This document shows positions 58,821 through 64,000 of a DNA stretch of 64,000 nt, one piece after another. This DNA comes from Candidatus Latescibacterota bacterium (GTDB taxonomy: Bacteria > Krumholzibacteriota > Krumholzibacteriia > WVZY01 > JAKEHA01). The stretch's first letter is position 1, and each line of letters starts with the position of its first letter. The position numbers were made by a program, and so were the translations under genes. The DNA is taken from assembly GCA_963707635.1 (NCBI GenBank), contig OY970173.1, positions 1,088,001 to 1,152,000 on the forward strand. The letters are read 5' to 3'. The notes below the pieces were generated by a model. The model was not told the origin of the DNA. It was given only the letters and a program-made list of their open reading frames with translations, and made no database searches.

Positions 58821-60328
58821 GCGAGGGACGGAGCCAGGTCAGCGCCCTCGACGCCATCGACGCGCTGGGCAGCGACGACGGCCGCACACCCGAGGATCGC
58901 GCGTTCTTGAAGGCCCACGGCGAATCGCTGGTCATCCACCTGTTTGCGGCCAGCAAGACGCTGCGGCTCTACGACCTGAAGAACCGCGCGACGCAGCGCG
59001 CGCTCGCCGACGTGATGACCCCGCTGCGCAAGCTCCTCGAGCGCGAGGGGCGGGTCCTGCTACGCTCGTCCAACGAATTCCTGCTCCTGAACGAGTACCG
59101 CATCACCGTGGAGTCGCAGCACTACGGGCCGTTCGAGTACTGGGTCGGGGAAATGAAGAAGCGCGGCGTCGAAGCGATCGAGTTCGGCGCGGCCGCCGGC
59201 GGGGAAGAGGTCGCGACCTTCCTGCTGGAGTTCTTCAAGGTCGAGGCGGGCGAGGATGCCTGCGCGGAGGTCGAGCATCGCCTGAAGGCGGCGGGCGTGG
59301 ACACGATCGCGGTCACGCGCTACGTCGAGCGGGAGACCGTGCTGGCCGACGTGCGCCGGACCGTCACCGACGTACGCCAGGACAGCAACCGCGTCTACTT
59401 TCGCACGGTGGCGCTGATGGGGAACGTGCTGCGCACCGCGGAAGAGACCCACGTGCTCCAGGTGCGCAAGGCGAAGCGACTCACCCAGCAGATGGTCGAC
59501 ATCATCCAGACCGACGAGTCGATGCTGGTCGGGCTCGCGAGCATCCGGGACTTCGACGCGTACACGTTCGCGCACTGCGTCAACGTGTGCGTGCTGTCGA
59601 TGCTCATCGGCGACCGCATGCGCCTCGACAAGGCCGACGTGGCCCGGCTGGGGCTCACCGCGCTCATGCACGACATCGGCAAGACCTACATCCCGGCCAC
59701 CATTCTCAACTCGACGGGCAAGCTCACGGAGCGCGAGTGGGAGCTCATGAAGTACCACACCTTCTTCGGGGTGAAGGAACTCTCGCGCGTGAACGCGCTG
59801 CGCGAGGCGATCGACCCGATGTTCGTCTCCATCCAGCACCACGCCCAGTTCAACGGCAACGGGTACCCGCAGCGACCGGGCGGGTGGAAGCTGCGGCTCT
59901 TCAGCCGGATCGTCACGGTGGCGGACTACTACGACGCCATGACCGCCTACCGCGTCTATCAGAAGGAACCGATCACGCCGGACAAGGCATTACAGTTCAT
60001 CCTGCAAAACGCGGGCAACATCTTCGACCCCTTCATCGCGAAGGTGTTCATCCAGGCGATGGGGCTCTTTCCGGTGGGGACGATCGTGGAGCTGGATCGG
60101 GGAGAAATCGCCGTGGTCACGCGGCAGAACGCCGACAACCGGCTCCTGCACCGGCCGGTGGTGGAAGTGCTCCACACCGACGCCGGCGTGATGACGCGCG
60201 AGAACGTCGACCTCTCGGAGCGCGACCCCGCCGGCGGGTACAACCGCACCATCAAGCGCGCGCTCCACGAGTCGCAGGTCGGCGTGGACAAGCGCCTCTG
60301 CTTCCTCGCCGACGCGGCGGCCGACTAG
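58817..60328 (+). CDS. HD-GYP cyclic dinucleotide phosphodiesterase
   Basis: YTFAHCVNV, LMHDIGK, QHH...GNGYP, VADYYDAMT.YR.Y, FDP; ATGA overlap with the HEAT gene. Confidence 0.9.
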   Translation: MSEGRSQVSALDAIDALGSDDGRTPEDRAFLKAHGESLVIHLFAASKTLRLYDLKNRATQRALADVMTPLRKLLEREGRVLLRSSNEFLLLNEYRITVESQHYGPFEYWVGEMKKRGVEAIEFGAAAGGEEVATFLLEFFKVEAGEDACAEVEHRLKAAGVDTIAVTRYVERETVLADVRRTVTDVRQDSNRVYFRTVALMGNVLRTAEETHVLQVRKAKRLTQQMVDIIQTDESMLVGLASIRDFDAYTFAHCVNVCVLSMLIGDRMRLDKADVARLGLTALMHDIGKTYIPATILNSTGKLTEREWELMKYHTFFGVKELSRVNALREAIDPMFVSIQHHAQFNGNGYPQRPGGWKLRLFSRIVTVADYYDAMTAYRVYQKEPITPDKALQFILQNAGNIFDPFIAKVFIQAMGLFPVGTIVELDRGEIAVVTRQNADNRLLHRPVVEVLHTDAGVMTRENVDLSERDPAGGYNRTIKRALHESQVGVDKRLCFLADAAAD

Positions 60329-61764
60329 TACTTCGGGAGCGCCGGGTCGATCTCGTCCGACCAGGCGTGGATGCCACCCTTCAGGTTCCACACCCGCTCG
60401 AACCCCGCGTCCTGCAGGAATTCCACCGCCTGCGCGGAGCGAATCCCGGTCCGGCAGTGCACCACGATGTCGTGCGCCGAATCCAGCTCGTGCACGCGCG
60501 CGGCCAACTCGCCCAGCGGAATCAACCGGCCCCCGATGTTGCAGATCTGGTACTCGTGCGGCTCGCGCACGTCGAGCACCACCACGTCTTCGCCGGCGTC
60601 GAGCCGGCGCTTGAGCTCCTTTACCGCCATTTCCGGAACCGCCACGTCGTCCTGAACCTCCTCGCCGCGAATGCCGCAGAACGCGTCGTAATCGATGAGC
60701 GCGTGGAGCGTGCGGTGCACTCCGCACACGGGGCAGTCGGGATTCCTCCGCAGCTTGAGTTCCCGAAAGCGCATCTTGAGCGCGTCGAACAGGAGCAGAC
60801 GGCCGCTCAACAGGTCGCCGGCCTGCAAGATCCACTTAATGGCCTCGTTGGCCTGGATCGCCCCGACGATCCCCGGGAGGACCCCCAGCACGCCGCCCTC
60901 GGCGCAGCTCGGCACCAGCCCCGGCGGCGGCGGCGACGGGTAGAGGCAGCGATAGCACGGGCCGTCCGCCGTCGCGAACACCGTGATCTGGCCTTCGAAG
61001 CGGAAGATGCTCCCGTAGACGTACGGCTTTCCGAGCAGCACGCACGCGTCGTTGACCAGGTAGCGCGTCGGAAAATTGTCGGTGCCGTCGACGACGATAT
61101 CATAGTCGCGGATGATGTCCAGCGCGTTGGCGCTGGTGAGCCTCGTCTCGTGCAGCACGAACTCGACTTCGGGGTTCAAGTCCGCCAGGCGCTCGCGCGC
61201 GGCGTGCAGCTTGGGACGCCCGACATCCTTGGTGCCGAAGGTAACCTGTCGCTGCAGGTTGGTGGCGTCGACCACGTCGAAATCGACCAGCCCGATGCGC
61301 CCCACGCCCGCCGCGGTCAGGTACAGCCCCGCCGGCGCCCCCAGCCCGCCGGTGCCGATCAACAGCACGCGCGCGCGCTTCAGCCGCAGCTGTCCCTCGA
61401 CGGCCACCTCGGGCATGATGAGGTGGCGGCTGTAGCGCTTCACCTCCTCGGGCGAGAGCCCCTCGACCGCGTAGACATTCGGCTTCGGCGACCCGCCCGC
61501 GATGGACGGGACGATGCTCACCACGTCGCCGGCGGCGAGCGTGGTCGCGTCCTGCGCGAGATAGCGCACGTCCTCGTCGTTCACGTACACGTTCACGAAG
61601 CTGCGGAGCCGGCCGTGCTCGTCGAAGAGGTGCTTCTCGAGGTCGCGGTGCTCGGCGACGAGGCGCTGGAGCGCCTCTCCGACCGTGCGCGCGTCCACGT
61701 CCACCGCGTCGCGCGCGCCGGTGAAACGGCGCAGCGCGGACGGAATCAGAATCCGGGTTGTCAT
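60325..61764 (-). CDS. moeZ: MoaD/CysO ubiquitin-like domain fused to a MoeB/MoeZ E1 adenylyltransferase and a rhodanese domain
   Basis: Ubl RSFVNVYVNDEDVRYL...PSIAGG; RYSRHL, GTGGLG, NLQRQ, PCYRCL, PSCAEGG, CPVC; rhodanese HCRTGIRS. Confidence 0.92.
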   Translation of the reverse strand: MTTRILIPSALRRFTGARDAVDVDARTVGEALQRLVAEHRDLEKHLFDEHGRLRSFVNVYVNDEDVRYLAQDATTLAAGDVVSIVPSIAGGSPKPNVYAVEGLSPEEVKRYSRHLIMPEVAVEGQLRLKRARVLLIGTGGLGAPAGLYLTAAGVGRIGLVDFDVVDATNLQRQVTFGTKDVGRPKLHAARERLADLNPEVEFVLHETRLTSANALDIIRDYDIVVDGTDNFPTRYLVNDACVLLGKPYVYGSIFRFEGQITVFATADGPCYRCLYPSPPPPGLVPSCAEGGVLGVLPGIVGAIQANEAIKWILQAGDLLSGRLLLFDALKMRFRELKLRRNPDCPVCGVHRTLHALIDYDAFCGIRGEEVQDDVAVPEMAVKELKRRLDAGEDVVVLDVREPHEYQICNIGGRLIPLGELAARVHELDSAHDIVVHCRTGIRSAQAVEFLQDAGFERVWNLKGGIHAWSDEIDPALPKY

Positions 61765-61774
61765 GGATATCACC

Positions 61775-62266
61775 TCAAGCACTCTCGGCGCGCGCTGCCG
61801 GGCCCCGGCCCGGCCCCTCGCCCGCGATGGGTTCGAACGTGAAGGCGTGGCGGTCGTCGTCCAGCACCCAGCTCGTCAGGTCGGCGGGTGTCTCTCCGGC
61901 GCGGCCGGCGCGCACCGAAATGATGACGTACGAGTACCACGGCAGCGCGTGCTCGCGGTCGTACTCCGACGGGCGCGCGGGATGGTCGGGATGCGAATGG
62001 TAGAACCCGAGCACGTCGAGCGCGCGCTCGCACGCCTCGCGTTCGATGGCCCGGTAATCGTCGGGCGTGATGAGAAAGCGACGCGGCGCGGCTTCGGCCT
62101 CGCGGCGGTTCTCCGCCGCGCGCAACGCGATTACCACGCGCGTCTCGCCGGCGCCCGCTGCCGACGGTTCGACGCGGCCCAGGAGCGCGCCGCAACATTC
62201 GTGCGGGTAGTCGCGCCGGGCGTGGTCGCGAATCGCTCCTACCAGGGCGTCGGGGATGTGGATCAC
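61775..62266 (-). CDS. JAMM/M67 metallopeptidase (Mec-like)
   Basis: YPHECCG, FYHSHPDHPARPSEYD; GTGA overlap with the cysteine synthase gene. Confidence 0.92.
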   Translation of the reverse strand: MIHIPDALVGAIRDHARRDYPHECCGALLGRVEPSAAGAGETRVVIALRAAENRREAEAAPRRFLITPDDYRAIEREACERALDVLGFYHSHPDHPARPSEYDREHALPWYSYVIISVRAGRAGETPADLTSWVLDDDRHAFTFEPIAGEGPGRGPAARAESA

Positions 62267-63246
62267 GCCGGTTCCTCCGTACTCTCTTCGGGCAGCTCCT
62301 GCCAGAATCGCTCGTTTAAGTACTTCTCGCCGTGGTCGGGGAAGATGGTCACGATCATGGCCGGGCGGCCGGGCGGAATCCGCCGCGCCACCTCCAGGCA
62401 CGCCACCAGCGCGGCCCCGGACGACACGCCGACCAGCATTCCCTCCTGGCGAATCAGCCGCTTCACCGCGCGGTACGCGTCTTCGGTGCGCACCTCGATG
62501 TTTTGGTCGGCGAGCGACGGGTCGTAGATGGCGGGCACCCTCGCGCTCGGCATGTGCTTCATTCCTTCGAGCCCGTGAAACGGCGCGTCCGGCTGGACGG
62601 AAATGCACCGGACGCGCGGGTTGAGCTCGCGCAGGCGCCGCGTCGTGCCGGTGAAAGTCCCGCTGGTCCCGAGCACGCTGACGAAATGGGTGAGGCAGCC
62701 GGCGGTCTGATTCCAGATCTCCCACGCGGTTCCTTCGTAGTGGGCGCGCCAGTTGTCGTCGTTGTCATACTGGTTCAGGTACACATAGCGCTCGGGGTCG
62801 GCGGCGTAAATGGCCCGCGCTCGCTCGATGGCGCCGTCCGCGCCGAGACCGGGGTCGGTGAGGGTCAGGGTGGCTCCGAACGCGTGCAGGATCCGGATGC
62901 GTTCCGGGCTCGCGTTGGCCGGCAGTGTCAAATGGACCGGGTGGCCACGTGACGCGCCGATCATGGCGTAGCCGATGCCGGTGTTCCCCGAGGTGGCGTC
63001 CAGGATGGTGCGTCCCGCGGTGAGGCGGCCGGACTGCTCCGCGGCCAGGATCATCCGCAGCGCGGGCCGGTCCTTGACCGAACCGCCGGGATTGAGCCAC
63101 TCGGCCTTGGCGTAGATCGAGACGTGGGGAAGGTCGCGGTCGACCCGTTCTAATCGAAACAGGGGCGTCCGGCCGACTTTCGACAGGATCGACTCACTCT
63201 CGGACCCCTGGTTGGGCCGGATGAGGCGAAGTGGGATCGACAACAT
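62263..63246 (-). CDS. cysM: Cysteine synthase (CysM-like, PLP)
   Basis: GRTPL, KAEWLNPGGSVKDRPA, DATSGNTGIG, GTSGT, GVSSGA, PDHGEKYL. Confidence 0.9.
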   Translation of the reverse strand: MLSIPLRLIRPNQGSESESILSKVGRTPLFRLERVDRDLPHVSIYAKAEWLNPGGSVKDRPALRMILAAEQSGRLTAGRTILDATSGNTGIGYAMIGASRGHPVHLTLPANASPERIRILHAFGATLTLTDPGLGADGAIERARAIYAADPERYVYLNQYDNDDNWRAHYEGTAWEIWNQTAGCLTHFVSVLGTSGTFTGTTRRLRELNPRVRCISVQPDAPFHGLEGMKHMPSARVPAIYDPSLADQNIEVRTEDAYRAVKRLIRQEGMLVGVSSGAALVACLEVARRIPPGRPAMIVTIFPDHGEKYLNERFWQELPEESTEEPA

Positions 63247-63499
63247 GGCAGGCGCATGGCGATATCGGACTTCTTTGGTGCGATTTAGCCGTTTCAAAAA
63301 CGCGCCCCCCAGGCGCGCACCGCAAAGCATAGCACCGGTTTCCCGCTCCCGCAAGATCCTGGGCGGCCCGGCGGGCCCGCTTCATGCTCAAAACGGCGTG
63401 GAACCTGCTGCAGCGGCAGCGTATAATACCGATGCCGCCCCCCGGACGAGGGCCATCCAGCCGGTATCGTTACTCATTGAAAGGAAACGGCTTCGAAAA

Positions 63500-64000
63500 A
63501 TGACCTCCGCGAGAAACCGTACGAGAAATGTGCTCGTCAGTACTGCTGTGTGGCTCGCCGCGGCCGTTGCCTCCGGATCGGGAGCCCAGGAAGCGGCGAA
63601 GAGTGCCTCCGGAGAGGCCTCCGTCGAGATTCCGAAGATGAGAATCGACCTCGGCAAGGTCTACGAGCGCGACACGTACGAGTACAACTTCGTCGTTCGC
63701 AACAAGGGCAGCGCGAACCTCGTGATTGACGTCAAGCCGGGGTGCGGGTGCACCGCGGCCAGGTTCGACAGCGTGATCGCTCCCGGCAAGGAGGGCAACA
63801 TCGCGCTGATCGTCGACGGCCACCGGGTGGACGGGGAGTTCACGAAGCAGGCGACGGTCGTGACCAACGATCCTAAGTACCCGGAGCTGATGATCTTCGT
63901 GGAGGGATCGAAGATTCCGTTTCTGACCGTCACGCCGCCGGGGATGATCTTCCTGCAGGGGCTCTACGGAGAGCCGGTCGAGCAGGAGCTTACCATTGTG
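63500..64000 (+). CDS. Secreted DUF1573 domain protein (3' partial)
   Basis: Manual translation: signal peptide, DLGKV...FVVRNKG..NLVIDVKPGCGCTAA...IAPGKEG...VVTNDP; TATAAT at 63422. Confidence 0.8.
   Translation, partial: MTSARNRTRNVLVSTAVWLAAAVASGSGAQEAAKSASGEASVEIPKMRIDLGKVYERDTYEYNFVVRNKGSANLVIDVKPGCGCTAARFDSVIAPGKEGNIALIVDGHRVDGEFTKQATVVTNDPKYPELMIFVEGSKIPFLTVTPPGMIFLQGLYGEPVEQELTIV

Noticed and set aside
58672..61842. Long alternative-frame and antisense ORFs (e.g. 1056 aa here, 982 aa at 20897, 776 aa at 34665)
   Set aside because: Arg/Gly/Ala-rich shadow ORFs typical of high-GC DNA, overlapping well-supported genes.
63735..63755. Selenocysteine recoding in the DUF1573 CGC motif
   Set aside because: Both codons are TGC; there is no in-frame TGA.

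Overview
High-GC bacterial chromosomal window. Two secreted proteins with 'N(Y/H)PNPFNP...KMVLLK'-type FlgD-Ig C-terminal domains suggest a diderm FCB-group lineage such as Krumholzibacteria, Latescibacteria or Eisenbacteria (inference). The core genes are: a porin-asparaginase-aspartase operon, mscL, a DUF481 barrel, OmpA, fumC-corA-kynA-kynU, a mycobacterial-Sdh1-like succinate dehydrogenase, mscS, pcm, queF, a surface-glycan cluster, archaeal-type topoisomerase VI, APC and CstA transporters, a desaturase, SxtJ plus carbamoyltransferase, cbiM, a Lon-like protease, queG, a HEAT/HD-GYP pair and a CysM-JAMM-(Ubl::MoeZ) sulfur-carrier operon. The main accessory feature is a ~7.3 kb lower-GC island (46858-54160) bounded by direct repeats of a tRNA-Asn-like 3' end. 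It carries decayed serine-recombinase and helicase genes. It also carries an intact three-gene secreted cassette: a separately encoded pro-domain-like protein, a papain-fold protease-FN3-beta-helix-FlgD protein and a DNRLRE-like protein. A leaderless two-gene nucleotidyltransferase TA-like module sits just outside the right boundary. Other notable items are a 97-bp structured repeat with a compensatory base change, a probably circularly permuted deacetylase and an aspartase with a signal peptide. Several frameshifts (first 1.7 kb, ~10615, ~55670) are probably sequencing indels. All family assignments come from motif recognition, not database searches.
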